In this document: one piece after another, positions 27,185 to 38,719 of the stretch
Numbering within the stretch: position 1 is the first letter of the stretch
Layout: each line of letters opens with the position of its first letter
From: Candidatus Onthoplasma sp.
GTDB taxonomy: Bacteria > Bacillota > Clostridia > Christensenellales > UBA1242
NCBI GenBank assembly: GCA_051883515.1
Contig: JBJETW010000004.1
Location: 26,861-90,860 of the forward strand
DNA: 64,000 nt
Direction of reading: 5' to 3'
Position numbers and translations under genes: made by a program
Notes under the pieces: model-generated
What the model saw: the letters and a program-made list of their open reading frames with translations, nothing else
Told to the model about the DNA's origin: nothing
Database searches by the model: none

Positions 27185-27700
27185 TTATTTCAAAATGAAT
27201 TTTGAATATTTGCAAAATTTTCTTTTTAATTTTTTATTTTGCACTATATTTACGCCAAAACTATCGCAAAAAATGTAAAATCTATCTTTAGAACAACTCT
27301 CTAAATTTGGGAAAATTCTTTTGTTTGATAATATAATTTTATTCTTTGCTTTTTGTTTCCCCCACTCCACTCCAACCAAAATATCTTTGTTTTTTATGCG
27401 TATTTTACACCCGTCAAAAACCGAACAAATCGCCAATTTTTCTCCGTCGCAACAGATAAATCCTTTCTTTGACTTTCCTTTTGAAATTAGATTAACTCCT
27501 GCAACCACTTGGCAACCCAAACTTTTTGACAACATCAAAATTTCTTTTGAAACAATTCCTTTGCCAATCGCTTCATCAATCATATCGTAATCATAAATAA
27601 TCCCAAAATTAAAAACCAATAAATCACATTTATTTAAATTGAGAAAACAATTGAGATAAAACGACTTATAGGAACCACCCGACACACAAACAATTTTCAT
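27185..27700 (-). CDS. hypothetical protein (weak resemblance to a degenerate carbon-nitrogen hydrolase N-terminus)
   Basis: 171-aa ORF; CDLLVFN...LSKSLGCQVVAGV pattern. Confidence 0.55.
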   Translation of the reverse strand: MKIVCVSGGSYKSFYLNCFLNLNKCDLLVFNFGIIYDYDMIDEAIGKGIVSKEILMLSKSLGCQVVAGVNLISKGKSKKGFICCDGEKLAICSVFDGCKIRIKNKDILVGVEWGKQKAKNKIILSNKRIFPNLESCSKDRFYIFCDSFGVNIVQNKKLKRKFCKYSKFILK

Positions 27701-27731
27701 ACTTCATGGTATGAACTTTGTCAATTTTTTG

Positions 27732-28067
27732 CTAAATGCAGTCCACAACCGAATTAAACATTGTCTCAATATGCGGATTAGATATGTAGTATATAATATT
27801 CTTTCCATTTCTATCAAACGCAACTATATTTAGTGCACGCAAAATTTTTAGTTGATGACTAACTGTTGTCTGATTGATATTTAAGAATTCAGAAATATCA
27901 CCCACACACATAGGTTTTACAATGAGTAAAATTATAATTTTTAGTCGTGTATCATCACTAAAAGCATAGAAAAACGAAGACATGCTTTTTAATTCTGCGC
28001 CATTTGGCATGTATTTTTTTAAATAAATTTCTTCTTTACAATCTAAATTCATAAAAAAATTATACAA
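27732..28067 (-). CDS. ArsR/SmtB family transcriptional regulator
   Basis: FSDDTRLKII, MCVGDI, QTTVSHQLKILR, RNGKNIIY. Confidence 0.93.
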   Translation of the reverse strand: MYNFFMNLDCKEEIYLKKYMPNGAELKSMSSFFYAFSDDTRLKIIILLIVKPMCVGDISEFLNINQTTVSHQLKILRALNIVAFDRNGKNIIYYISNPHIETMFNSVVDCI

Positions 28068-28155
28068 AATTTTAAAATTTTAACAAACTTTTAACAAAGA
28101 CGAAATCTGACGAATAAATATTAAAAACAAAAAAAATTGTATAAGGAGATAGAAA

Positions 28156-28344
28156 ATGAATCTAAATGCTTTTTATATTTTGTTCGCCATACTCATTGCA
28201 ATCATTGCTCAAGCCACAAACACAAATCTTGTAAGCAATACCACATTTTTGCTTCTACTTTTGCTCGCACTTGGCGCATATGGTCAAAACAACTTTAACA
28301 ATTGCAATTGCCATCTATTTGGCCAACAAAGAGGTTTTATCTAA
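28156..28344 (+). CDS. small hydrophobic protein
   Basis: Strong AAGGAG RBS; 62 aa. Confidence 0.65.
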   Translation: MNLNAFYILFAILIAIIAQATNTNLVSNTTFLLLLLLALGAYGQNNFNNCNCHLFGQQRGFI

Positions 28345-28412
28345 AAAAAAGAAAAATGAATTGTATAACAAAAAAGACTCCCGAACGAGAGTCTTATTTC
28401 TGTTTGAAAATT

Positions 28413-29459
28413 TTAATTAAAATAATTTATACCCATATTGGTTTTCATTTTTAAAAGATTTTCATGAGCAACTTTTCTTGCTTTTTCTGTACCTTTTCTT
28501 AAAATTTCAAATACTTTTTCTGGGTCTTTTGCATATTCTTTTCTTCTTTCTCTAATCGGAGCAATCAAGTCTTGCAAAATTTGATTCAAAAACTTTTTGA
28601 TTTTCATATCTCCAAGACCGCCTCTTTGATAGTGCGCTTTAAGTTCGTCAAGAGATTTGTATTCTGGAAGATATTTTTCAAAATCCTTTTCTGTTGAGAA
28701 CACATCAAGATATGTGAAAACAGTGTTTCCTTCAATCTTGCCTGGGTCATCAACGTGAATATGGTCAGGGTCAGTGTACATTGAAAATACTTTTTGCTTT
28801 ATCACATCAGGTTCGTCACACAAATAAATACAATTTCCCAAAGATTTACTCATCTTTGCATTTCCATCTGTCCCAACAAGTCGATAGCAATTTTCATTTT
28901 CTGGGAGAACAGCGTGTGGTTCAAGCAAAGTCTCTCCATAAAGATTATTGAAAGAGCGAACAATTTCTCTCGCTTGTTCAATCATTGGAAGTTGGTCTTC
29001 TCCAACAGGAATAATTGTGGCATTAAATGCAGTGATATCTGCCGTTTGACTCACTGGATAAGTCAAAAAACCCATTGGAATTGTTCCATTAAAGTCTTTT
29101 GATTTCAACTCTTCTTTCACGGTTGGATTTCTTTCCAATCTTGAAAGCGTGACAAGATTCATATAATAGAAAGTGAATTCTGTAAGCTCACTAACTTCGC
29201 TTTGAATAAAAAATGTCACTTTGTTTGGGTCCAATCCCACAGCCAAATAGTCTAAAACAATGTTTAAAACGTTGTCTCTCACTTTTTGGACATTACCAAA
29301 ATTGTCTGTCAATGCTTGACTATCTGCAACCATGACATAAAACTCGTCATAATCGCCCTGATTTTGAAGTTGAACTCTTCGTTTTAAACTACCAACATAA
29401 TGCCCTAAATGCAAGAATCCTGTTGGTCTATCTCCGGTTAATATAATTTTGTTTTCCAT
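28413..29459 (-). CDS. trpS: tryptophanyl-tRNA synthetase
   Basis: GDRPTG.LHLGH, PVGEDQ, KMSKS. Confidence 0.97.
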   Translation of the reverse strand: MENKIILTGDRPTGFLHLGHYVGSLKRRVQLQNQGDYDEFYVMVADSQALTDNFGNVQKVRDNVLNIVLDYLAVGLDPNKVTFFIQSEVSELTEFTFYYMNLVTLSRLERNPTVKEELKSKDFNGTIPMGFLTYPVSQTADITAFNATIIPVGEDQLPMIEQAREIVRSFNNLYGETLLEPHAVLPENENCYRLVGTDGNAKMSKSLGNCIYLCDEPDVIKQKVFSMYTDPDHIHVDDPGKIEGNTVFTYLDVFSTEKDFEKYLPEYKSLDELKAHYQRGGLGDMKIKKFLNQILQDLIAPIRERRKEYAKDPEKVFEILRKGTEKARKVAHENLLKMKTNMGINYFN

Positions 29460-29498
29460 AATCAATTCCACCTTTTTAATTTTTATTTAATAGTTTAT

Positions 29499-29706
29499 AA
29501 AAAATTCGACATGCCAACAAAACACATCGAATTCAAATTGTTAATTTGTAAAAATGTTTTGTGGCAACTCAAAAACCACTTACACATAGTGTAAGGAATT
29601 TTATTTGTTCCACCAAAGCATTTTTTTCATAATTACCTCTTATAAACAACAAATTGTTTTTATTAATTTATATTTTCATTATATATTCCACAAATCTTAT
29701 TGTCAA
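29499..29706 (-). promoter_or_regulatory. trpS promoter and leader-peptide transcription attenuator
   Basis: TTGACA-17 nt-TATAAT (29706-29678); antiterminator GCCACAAAACA can pair with TGTTTTGTTGGC; terminator AATTCGA...TCGAATT-T run (29533-29499). Confidence 0.85.
29601..29630 (-). CDS. Trp leader peptide MKKMLWWNK
   Basis: GAGGT RBS; ATG AAA AAA ATG CTT TGG TGG AAC AAA TAA, upstream of trpS. Confidence 0.85.
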   Translation of the reverse strand: MKKMLWWNK

Positions 29707-29725
29707 GTTAATTTATGTGAAATTT

Positions 29726-30415
29726 TTATTTCCTATACAAAACCAAATTATCTTTCACTTCTTTTCTCACTCTAAAACTGTCCCTGCATTTACTAATTGC
29801 TTTATTTTGAATGAATTTATTTAATTTTCGACTTTTGATTAAATTTAAAATTTGATTTTCATATTTAATTATAGCGACACTAATTAACCAACTAATTGCC
29901 ATGTCTACATAATATGAATGATTGTTAATTGTTGTCGTTAATTCTATTATATCATCAATATTTTCATCATTTACATAATACAGCATAATCATAACAATTC
30001 CGAATCTCGCCTCAAATTCGAAATTGGATTTTGCATATTGCTTAAAAATTGGATAATATTTATTATTTTTATCTTTTTTAAAAATTTTTAACGCAGAGCA
30101 GGTTTGGTCGCAAGTTGCCCAATTGTCAATTTTTTGCAAAAACTCATCAATTAAAGGTAAAAGTTCTTCAAAATTATTCACAAATCCCAAAAGCAATCCA
30201 TATAACGTTGTCTCTTCAAACGAATTAAATTTTATAAGTTTTAGCGATTTTTTTAAATCCAACTTAGCAAGTTTTTTTGCCAAATTTTTTAATTCTGGAG
30301 TTCTAACACCCAATATTTTTTGTTTTGAATTTATTATTTTTATGTGATGTTCTTCATTTCCCCATTCGTTGTCCGCAATAGAATTTAGCTGATTAATTAT
30401 ATCTTCATATTCCAT
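29726..30415 (-). CDS. DNA alkylation repair protein (AlkD-like)
   Basis: LGVRTPELKNLAK, IDNWATCD, YYVDMAISW. Confidence 0.9.
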   Translation of the reverse strand: MEYEDIINQLNSIADNEWGNEEHHIKIINSKQKILGVRTPELKNLAKKLAKLDLKKSLKLIKFNSFEETTLYGLLLGFVNNFEELLPLIDEFLQKIDNWATCDQTCSALKIFKKDKNNKYYPIFKQYAKSNFEFEARFGIVMIMLYYVNDENIDDIIELTTTINNHSYYVDMAISWLISVAIIKYENQILNLIKSRKLNKFIQNKAISKCRDSFRVRKEVKDNLVLYRK

Positions 30416-30619
30416 AATTGTATTTTATCATTATTGAGTAAGTCGGTCAAACAGTTTAAATTATCAATTAAAAAATACTCACCTTTTTCTTAACAATTTA
30501 AAACAGGTATAAAAAAATTCTGCCGTCGCAGAATTTTTCAATCTTTTTAACACTTCACCATTTTTAACCCGTCAGTTTAAAATGATGGAATTTGGATTAC
30601 CAAATATTAATTTAAATTA

Positions 30620-31825
30620 TTATTTAATGATGTCAGATACAACACCTGAACCAACAGTACGTCCACCTTCACGGATAGCGAATCTCATACCTTTTTCAAT
30701 AGCGATTGGGTGAATAAGTTCGATTTCCATTGTGACGTTATCTCCTGGCATAACCATTTCAACTCCTTCTGGAAGTTTAATTGAACCAGTGATATCAGTT
30801 GTTCTAACATAGAATTGAGGACGATATCCATTGAAGAATGGAGTGTGACGTCCGCCTTCTTCTTTCTTCAAAACGTAAACTTCAGCTTTGAATTGAGTGT
30901 GTGGAGTGATTGAACCTGGTTTTGCAAGAACTTGTCCTCTTTCGATTTCAGATCTTTGAATACCCCTAAGCAACAAACCTGCGTTATCTCCTGAACGAGC
31001 TTCGTCCAAAGATTTTCTGAACATTTCGATACCAGTGACAACAACTTTTCTTGTTTCCTTAATACCAACCAATTCAACTTCTTCGTTAAGTTTTACAACA
31101 CCACGTTCAACTCTTCCTGTTGCAACAGTTCCACGTCCTGTGATTGTGAAGACGTCTTCAACTGGCATCAAGAATGGTTTATCAGTGTCACGAACTGGGT
31201 CTGGAATGTATTCGTCAACAGCTTTCATCAATTCTTTGATGCAATCGCAAGCTGGGTCATTTACATTACCTGCTGAAGCAGCTTCCAATGCTTTCAAAGC
31301 TGAACCTTTGATAACTGGAACGTCATCTCCTGGGAATCCATAAGAAGACAACAAATCACGAATTTCCATTTCAACCAAGTCAAGGATTTCTGGGTCGTCA
31401 ACAAGGTCTGTTTTGTTCATGAATACGATGATGTATGGAACACCAACTTGACGAGCAAGCAAAATGTGTTCTTTTGTTTGAGGCATGCAACCATCAGTTG
31501 CAGCAACAACAAGGATTGCTCCGTCCATTTGAGCAGCACCAGTAATCATGTTTTTAACATAGTCAGCGTGTCCTGGGCAGTCAACGTGAGCATAGTGACG
31601 TTTTTCTGTTTCATATTCAATGTGTGATGTGTTAATTGTGATACCACGTGCTCTTTCTTCTGGAGTGTTATCAATGCTTGCATAGTCTTTTTTATCAGCA
31701 TTGTATCCAAGTCCAGCCAATGTGATATTGATAGCAGCTGTTAATGTTGTTTTACCGTGGTCAACGTGACCGATTGTACCAATATTAACATGTGGTTTTG
31801 TTCTGTTAAATTGAGCTCTTGCCAT
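30620..31825 (-). CDS. tuf: elongation factor Tu
   Basis: [26 protein letters not shown]. Confidence 0.99.
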   Translation of the reverse strand: MARAQFNRTKPHVNIGTIGHVDHGKTTLTAAINITLAGLGYNADKKDYASIDNTPEERARGITINTSHIEYETEKRHYAHVDCPGHADYVKNMITGAAQMDGAILVVAATDGCMPQTKEHILLARQVGVPYIIVFMNKTDLVDDPEILDLVEMEIRDLLSSYGFPGDDVPVIKGSALKALEAASAGNVNDPACDCIKELMKAVDEYIPDPVRDTDKPFLMPVEDVFTITGRGTVATGRVERGVVKLNEEVELVGIKETRKVVVTGIEMFRKSLDEARSGDNAGLLLRGIQRSEIERGQVLAKPGSITPHTQFKAEVYVLKKEEGGRHTPFFNGYRPQFYVRTTDITGSIKLPEGVEMVMPGDNVTMEIELIHPIAIEKGMRFAIREGGRTVGSGVVSDIIK

Positions 31826-31955
31826 AATAAATATTTCTCCTTTTTATATAAACATTTATATTTTACTTTATTTTAAAAGATAAAGTCAAGTGTTTTAAAC
31901 CTCTTTTTTAATCAATTAAAAGGTTAAATTTGATGAATTTTGTAAAGAAACAATT

Positions 31956-34037
31956 CTATTCTTCAGTTCTTTTTCTTTCACCGATGATTTTGTCTGATAT
32001 ATTTTTTGGACATTCAGCATAGTGGTCTGGCACCATTGTGAATGTACCTCTTCCTTGGGTTGAACCACGAAGGTCTGTTGAATAACCAAACATTTCTGAA
32101 AGTGGAACTTCTGCGTGAATTACTTGTGAACCGAATTTTGCTTCTGTTCCAGTGAGTACACCACGACGAGATGTAAGTCCACCCATAACACCTCCAAGGT
32201 ATTCGTCTGGAGTTGTCACTTCAACTTTCATAATAGGTTCCAAGAGCACAGGATCTGCTTTCTTCATTGCTTCTTTAAACGCCATTGAACCGGCAATCTT
32301 GAAGGCCATTTCTGAAGAGTCGACATCGTGATAAGAACCATCATAAACAGTCACCTTGAAGTCAATTGTTTCATATCCTGCAAGCACGCCAGATTTCTTT
32401 GCTTCTTGGATACCGGCATCAATTGGAGCGATGTATTCTTTTGGAATAGCACCACCAACAACTGTGCTTTCAAACACATAACCTTTGTCTCTTTCAAGAG
32501 GTTCCATTTTAATTTTACAGTGACCATATTGTCCACGACCACCAGATTGTTTAATATATTTTCCTTCTGCTTCAACAGCACGACGGATTGTTTCTTTGTA
32601 AGCAACTTGAGGTTTTCCAACAGTCACTTCAACACCAAATTCTCTCTTCATTCTGTCAACCAAAATGTCAAGGTGCAATTCGCCCATTCCAGCGATAATT
32701 GTTTGACCAGTTTGGTCATCAGTGTATGATTTAAATGTTGGGTCTTCTTCCATAAGTTTTGAAATTGCGATTCCCAATTTCTCTTGTGCTTGCTTGTCTT
32801 TTGGTTCGATTGCTTGTTGGATAACAGGTTTCATGAATTCCATTTCTTCAAGTTTGATTGGATGATTTTCATCACAAAGCGTGTCACCTGTTCCTGTGTT
32901 TTTAAGTCCAACAACGGCGCAGATATCACCAGCCAAAACTTCGTCAATATCTGTTCTGTTGTTAGCGTGCATATGAAGCAAACGTCCAATTCTTTCTTTT
33001 TTGTCTTTTGATGAATTCAAAACATATGAACCAGCTGAAAGTTTTCCGCTGTAAACACGAATGAACGTGATACGGCCAACATATGGGTCAGTTGCAATTT
33101 TGAATGCAAGGGCAGCAAATGGTTCATCGTCGCTGTTGTTTCTTTCACATGTTGTTCCATCTGGAAGTGTTCCTTTAATTGCTGGAACATCAATAGGACT
33201 TGGCATATAATCAACAACTGCGTCCAAAAGTTCTTGGATACCTTTGTTTTTTGCAGCTGTTCCGCAAAGAACTGGGAACATTTTCAATGAGCAAGTTGCT
33301 TTTCTAATACCTGCTTTAATTTCTTCTTCTGTCAATTCTTCACCATTAAAGAATTTATCCAAAAGAACATCATCAGTTTCAGCAACAGACTCAATCATTT
33401 TTGCTCTATATTCTTGACAATCTTTAAGCATGTCAGCAGGAATTTCTTCCTCTCTAATATCTTTTCCAAGGTCATCATAGAAAACATAAGCTTTCATTTT
33501 GATGAGGTCAACAATTCCTTTAAAAGTTTCAGCTTGTCCAATAGGAAGTTGAAGTGGAACAACGTTTGCTCCCAAAACTTCTTTCATTGATTTAACTGCT
33601 TTTAAGAAATTTGCATCGTTGATGTCCATTTTGTTTACAAAGCAAAGTCTTGGAACATTGAATTTGCTTGCTTGACGCCAAACGTTTTCAGATTGCGCTT
33701 GAACACCAGCACGAGCTGAGAACAATGCAACCGCACCGTCCAAAACTTTCAATGAACGTTCAACTTCAACAGTAAAGTCAACGTGTCCTGGAGTGTCAAT
33801 GATGTTGATTGTGCAATCTTTCCATTTGCAAGTTGTGCATGCAGATGTGATTGTGATTCCACGCTCTTGTTCTTGAGCCATCCAGTCCATTGTTGCTTCA
33901 CCATCGTGAACTTCACCGATTTTGTGGTTAATTCCAGTGTAGAACAAAATTCTTTCAGTTGTTGTTGTTTTACCAGTATCAATATGCGCCATGATACCGA
34001 TATTCCTAATTTTATTTAATGGTACAGTTCTTGCCAT
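31956..34037 (-). CDS. fusA: elongation factor G
   Basis: [29 protein letters not shown]. Confidence 0.99.
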   Translation of the reverse strand: MARTVPLNKIRNIGIMAHIDTGKTTTTERILFYTGINHKIGEVHDGEATMDWMAQEQERGITITSACTTCKWKDCTINIIDTPGHVDFTVEVERSLKVLDGAVALFSARAGVQAQSENVWRQASKFNVPRLCFVNKMDINDANFLKAVKSMKEVLGANVVPLQLPIGQAETFKGIVDLIKMKAYVFYDDLGKDIREEEIPADMLKDCQEYRAKMIESVAETDDVLLDKFFNGEELTEEEIKAGIRKATCSLKMFPVLCGTAAKNKGIQELLDAVVDYMPSPIDVPAIKGTLPDGTTCERNNSDDEPFAALAFKIATDPYVGRITFIRVYSGKLSAGSYVLNSSKDKKERIGRLLHMHANNRTDIDEVLAGDICAVVGLKNTGTGDTLCDENHPIKLEEMEFMKPVIQQAIEPKDKQAQEKLGIAISKLMEEDPTFKSYTDDQTGQTIIAGMGELHLDILVDRMKREFGVEVTVGKPQVAYKETIRRAVEAEGKYIKQSGGRGQYGHCKIKMEPLERDKGYVFESTVVGGAIPKEYIAPIDAGIQEAKKSGVLAGYETIDFKVTVYDGSYHDVDSSEMAFKIAGSMAFKEAMKKADPVLLEPIMKVEVTTPDEYLGGVMGGLTSRRGVLTGTEAKFGSQVIHAEVPLSEMFGYSTDLRGSTQGRGTFTMVPDHYAECPKNISDKIIGERKRTEE

Positions 34038-34047
34038 TTAATCCCCC

Positions 34048-34518
34048 TTACCAACGATAATGAGCGAAAGCTTTGTTTGCTTCGGCTTGTCTATGCATAT
34101 CGTCACGTTTTCTTACAGCACCACCAGTTTGGTTGAATGCGTCAACGATTTCAGCAGCAAGGCGAGCTTCCATACCTCTTTCGTTTCTCTTTCTTGCGCA
34201 CATAACCAACCAACGGATTGCAAGAGTTTGTTGTCTGTCAGCTCTAACTTCCATCGGAACTTGGTAGTTAGCACCACCGACACGTCTAGCCTTTGTTTCA
34301 AGTTTAGGCTTGATATTTTCAATTGCTGTGTTTAAAATTGTCATTGCGTCATCGTTGAGTTTTTCAGAAGCAATTTTCATTGCACCATAAACGATTGATT
34401 GAGCTATACCTTTCTTTCCGTCCAACATAACTTGGTTAGTGATTTTTGTCACCAAAGTTGAGTTATACATTGGGTCTGGAAGAACTTCTCTTTTCACAGC
34501 AGCATTTCTTCTTGACAT
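34048..34518 (-). CDS. rpsG: 30S ribosomal protein S7
   Basis: [23 protein letters not shown]. Confidence 0.99.
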   Translation of the reverse strand: MSRRNAAVKREVLPDPMYNSTLVTKITNQVMLDGKKGIAQSIVYGAMKIASEKLNDDAMTILNTAIENIKPKLETKARRVGGANYQVPMEVRADRQQTLAIRWLVMCARKRNERGMEARLAAEIVDAFNQTGGAVRKRDDMHRQAEANKAFAHYRW

Positions 34519-34617
34519 AATATTTCTCCTTATTAAATTTTTTGGGTTAAGATTTTAAAATATATAAAATTGATTTTAGACAAAATTAATATAAAAATTT
34601 TATTTGATTTAATCAAA

Positions 34618-34989
34618 TTACTTAGGGCGTTTAGCGCCATATTTACTTCTACCTTGTTTGCGTTTTTGAACAGCGGCTGTGTCGAGAGCACCACGAACAA
34701 CGTGATATCTAACACCTGGAAGGTCAGGAACACGACCACCACGAACCAAAACGACGTTGTGTTCTTGAAGATTGTGACCTTCTCCAGGAATGTAGCATGT
34801 TGTTTCCTTACCATTAGAAAGACGAACACGGCAAACTTTTCTCAAAGCTGAGTTAGGTTTCTTTGGAGTTGTTGTTGTCACTGTCAAGCACACACCACGT
34901 TTTTGAGGGCATTCGTCCAACAAAATTGATTGGCTTTTTACAACGTTTTTCACTCTAGGTTTTCTAACCAATTGGTTAACTGTAGGCAT
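34618..34989 (-). CDS. rpsL: 30S ribosomal protein S12
   Basis: [24 protein letters not shown]; GGAGG RBS. Confidence 0.99.
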   Translation of the reverse strand: MPTVNQLVRKPRVKNVVKSQSILLDECPQKRGVCLTVTTTTPKKPNSALRKVCRVRLSNGKETTCYIPGEGHNLQEHNVVLVRGGRVPDLPGVRYHVVRGALDTAAVQKRKQGRSKYGAKRPK

Positions 34990-35620
34990 TATTTCCTCCT
35001 TATAAAATTTTTTTGCCAAAACTGGCGAGTCAATTTCAAAGTGAGTGACCAACTCACAAAAAAATTGACATAAGCAACCTCTTTTGGACTTTCGTCCCGT
35101 ATAGACAAAGCAGCACTAATCTATAACAAGCCAATTATATAAAATCTCACTAAAATTGTCAATAGATTTAACAATTTTATGTGAAGATTTTTAGATAATT
35201 GGCGAAGTTCAAAATTTCGAATTTGTGAGAAATTTTATAACAATGTTAATTATTGAGAAATACACATGGGCACCCACAAGACGAATGTTGCAGTGGGTAA
35301 AGGAGCAACTGACCAAAAGACTAAATTTGTGAGTGATAACGACACAAATTAGTAAAAGGGAATGTTGCGACGCGTCAATAATTTTGACATATTTATATTT
35401 ATATTTTTGGATAATTAACCGCCGTTGAAAAATTTTAAATAAAACTAAATTTTTATGACAAAAAATATGAAATTTCAAAAAAAACGAGAATTTATCTCGT
35501 TTTTTTAATTTTCCCATAAAATATTGAATTATTTAAATTAACAAATTTACCGCAAGTGAGAATTATTTGCCACGAGCGTTTTAGCGTATGCGTTTAGTGA
35601 ATATCAACTACCCGAACAAT

Positions 35621-38600
35621 TTACAGTGAAGGTTGTATGCCCACTTCAACTTTAATCTGTTTGATGTCATAATGTCTATATTGGGCGCTTGTTCCGCCAC
35701 CCGCCAATTGAATTGCAATCTTTGATATATCTGAATCGCTTACGTCTATCGTGAACCATAGATATGTCCAAGAGCCATCATTTGAAGTCATAGTATAATT
35801 GTCTAGATAAATAATTTGTTGAGAATTAGAAATATAATCATTGTTTGAATCATAGAATGAGTATCCAACAAATGGTGGATATGTTGAATCTGTCCAACCA
35901 TCGTCTTCATATCTTCTCAATTTGTATGAAACGACCAAAGTCTTTCCTACACAATTCAACACATCGTCACCTTCAATATAGATTGTCCCATCAGTATTAT
36001 TAGTGCCATTCCCAGTCTCAAATGTTAAAGTTTGCTCACCTGAATATAAGTTATTTGTTGGTGATATTGTTGACGTTGTTGACGTTTGAAGTGGATATGC
36101 GATGACCACTGGGTCCCCTTTTGAGTATCTATCTTTTAAGTAGGCTTCGAAACCATCAATTCCACCAGCTCCGTTGTCGTAATTGAAATATATTGAACTT
36201 GAATCCACTCTGAATGTCTTTATTGTTCCAGTCGATGAAGTTAAATCAAAATGAGAACATTTTAAATCAGTTGAAGATGAGTTAATTCCATCAATTGAAG
36301 ATTTTGAGAACACATATTCTCCGTTTGACAAAGTGAATGTTTCGTCCCCTGTGAAGACATATGTTCCAACGTTCCTTGTCAATACAGCTTTCCCCTCTGA
36401 GTTTGTGGTCAAGCTATCTGCAACTGAATCCGTCTTCATAAGTGGATAACCATTTAATTCAATATGAGTAAAACTTTTCGTTTGGAAACTATTTAATTTT
36501 TTTACTATCCAATCAATTGTTGTTTGAACAGTTGTGTCAGTTGTTAATCCCCAATCATCAATTTCTGAAGAGTTTGATTGAAGAATCGGTGTTTCAATCT
36601 GTTCTACGGTTGGTGTTAATAGTTTGTAATAAACTGTAATATTGTTTCCCGACAGCCAAGTTTTAAAATTATCTATCCCTGCTTCTCCATTATCATAGTT
36701 AAAATTCAAGTATGAACTTCCCGCTCTAAATTGACCTATGGTTTTTGCTGTTGATGTGGTCACAACAAAACTATCACATAACAAATTTTTTGTACTTGAA
36801 GGAGCATCAATATTGCTAAACGATGATTTACTTATTGAGTATTCATATGTATAAGACATCGTAGTCCAACTTTCACTGCCATTGAGAACTTTATATCCAA
36901 CATTTCTTACGACTGTGTTGGTATTAAAATCAATGTAATCTGCATAGGCGCCGACCTTTCTTAACGGTTCTTTTATATAGATATTTTGCGTTGTTCCATC
37001 ATTCAAAGTCACCGGCACTTTATATCCATATGGTTCATAATCAGTTGCCGTCGAACCAAGTTCCATTTGAAAATCACTGATTACAACCTGTTCAGTTTGA
37101 CCATGCGCATAATAATTGCCGTAGAATACAACATTAGAATCTATAATATCCTCAGTTATCGTTAGTGTCTCACCTGCTGCCCACGTTAATTTAGGTGTAT
37201 TAAGATAAATTTTTTTAATTTCAGCGTTGGAATTAAAACTTAAGGTCGCTGTATCGCCGACTTGCAAATCAGGGAAAAGTTCACTAAATTTTGATTGTGT
37301 CCCAGTATATCCATTACTATTACTTTGTGTCAAAATTGGCATTGTAATTTTTTGACCATTTTCAGAAACTATGATATTTGTATTTTTTATTGCTGACCAA
37401 TTAAACAAGTTTTTTGTTTTTTCGCCTACGCTTTGAATTTCGACTGGATTTGTTGGAGATGGTGTTTCAGATTGAACACTATTTCCATAAATCTTTCCTG
37501 TAAATGAATATGAAGATGTTTCAATATATTGAAATTCTCCAGTGCCAGCGTTGGTGTAAAAGACATTGTTTACCATATCATACATTCCAACTTTATTGTC
37601 ACTGTTGCGATAGCATGGAATCATATTCCTAACCAATGTGCCATTGTCCCAAATTTTGCAATAGTAAGTTTTGACAGGACAATAATATCCCATTCTTTGA
37701 TTATCTTTAAATAAATATAAACTTGTGGTACATTCAAAAGCAGTTGAAATGGTGTTTTTTGCAAATGCAACATAATCATCTATTGCAAAATAACCACTTC
37801 CATCCCAACTGAACACGTGTGGTTCCATATCCACCGCAAAACCTGTCGCAAATCTTGAAGTTGTACTTCCTGTATTGCACCAAAATTGATTATTCATCGA
37901 GTTATATCCCATTTCAATTCTATCGTTATTATTTCCTGCGCTTCCAATTGCGGAATAAGACGCAACACTCTGTTCATACAAAAATGATTGTTTTATTTCA
38001 AGAGATGTGTTATTTGATCCAATATAACCTGTGTCAATGTACTGCGTGCCTGTGCTTTCAATGTATTCAACTTGGGTATAATCTTCGGGAAGACTTACAT
38101 AACTTACGTCATCTTTTATGATGAAATATGCCGCATATTGTGCTTCGTCAACATACATATCGCTATCCCTAAGATTGCTTTGCACAGCGAATGCTGAAAG
38201 TGTGGTCTTCACTGTTGCATTTTGATATGTATTGTCAAATCTCTCTCCGTCCAAAACGAAAGAAATTGCAAAATTTGATGTCTTGTTTTTCCCTAAAAGT
38301 GTTGCCCCTGTTGTGTTAACTGAAAAATTTGATGTTTCAACCCTTGTGCCAGTTAAATTATACCATTCTGTATATGATATTGTGTCTGCGTCTGTTGCAG
38401 ATACTTCAACATTGAGTTTTACAAGAGCGTAGACACTTACATCGCTCGTGTTTTTCACTTGTAAATTGTTTAAATTTATTGTTGAGCCTGGCTCTACATT
38501 CTTAAAATATCTCGTGGTGAAAGTGCTATCATCTAAACTTGTGAAATTGTTTCCATCAGTTGAAGATAAAATATTAATATTTAGAACTGCAAATTGAAGT

Positions 38601-38719
38601 TCGCCTTTTCTTGTTCCAGTTGCCGTGAAATAAGCAAAGGTGACATGCAAAAAAATCGCCAGCAAAATTACAATTGTGGCTACCACCAACGACAATGTAA
38701 ATCGCTTCTGTCCTTGCAT
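35621..38719 (-). CDS. large surface protein: SipW-type signal/TasA-like N-terminus fused to phage-tail-like modules
   Basis: TFAYFT after TM helix, VEPGS; LPEDYTQVEYIESTGTQYIDTG; GNSVQSETPSPTNPVEIQSVG..KNLF; QMELGSTATDYEPY. Confidence 0.75.
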   Translation of the reverse strand: MQGQKRFTLSLVVATIVILLAIFLHVTFAYFTATGTRKGELQFAVLNINILSSTDGNNFTSLDDSTFTTRYFKNVEPGSTINLNNLQVKNTSDVSVYALVKLNVEVSATDADTISYTEWYNLTGTRVETSNFSVNTTGATLLGKNKTSNFAISFVLDGERFDNTYQNATVKTTLSAFAVQSNLRDSDMYVDEAQYAAYFIIKDDVSYVSLPEDYTQVEYIESTGTQYIDTGYIGSNNTSLEIKQSFLYEQSVASYSAIGSAGNNNDRIEMGYNSMNNQFWCNTGSTTSRFATGFAVDMEPHVFSWDGSGYFAIDDYVAFAKNTISTAFECTTSLYLFKDNQRMGYYCPVKTYYCKIWDNGTLVRNMIPCYRNSDNKVGMYDMVNNVFYTNAGTGEFQYIETSSYSFTGKIYGNSVQSETPSPTNPVEIQSVGEKTKNLFNWSAIKNTNIIVSENGQKITMPILTQSNSNGYTGTQSKFSELFPDLQVGDTATLSFNSNAEIKKIYLNTPKLTWAAGETLTITEDIIDSNVVFYGNYYAHGQTEQVVISDFQMELGSTATDYEPYGYKVPVTLNDGTTQNIYIKEPLRKVGAYADYIDFNTNTVVRNVGYKVLNGSESWTTMSYTYEYSISKSSFSNIDAPSSTKNLLCDSFVVTTSTAKTIGQFRAGSSYLNFNYDNGEAGIDNFKTWLSGNNITVYYKLLTPTVEQIETPILQSNSSEIDDWGLTTDTTVQTTIDWIVKKLNSFQTKSFTHIELNGYPLMKTDSVADSLTTNSEGKAVLTRNVGTYVFTGDETFTLSNGEYVFSKSSIDGINSSSTDLKCSHFDLTSSTGTIKTFRVDSSSIYFNYDNGAGGIDGFEAYLKDRYSKGDPVVIAYPLQTSTTSTISPTNNLYSGEQTLTFETGNGTNNTDGTIYIEGDDVLNCVGKTLVVSYKLRRYEDDGWTDSTYPPFVGYSFYDSNNDYISNSQQIIYLDNYTMTSNDGSWTYLWFTIDVSDSDISKIAIQLAGGGTSAQYRHYDIKQIKVEVGIQPSL

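Noticed and set aside
35209-35517. 102-aa minus-strand ORF
   Set aside because: No RBS, low-complexity AT-driven composition; probably non-coding.
35621-38719. Diversity-generating retroelement target (internal repeat)
   Set aside because: No reverse transcriptase in the window; the repeat is a diverged protein-domain duplication, not an adenine-specific TR/VR pair as far as I can see.
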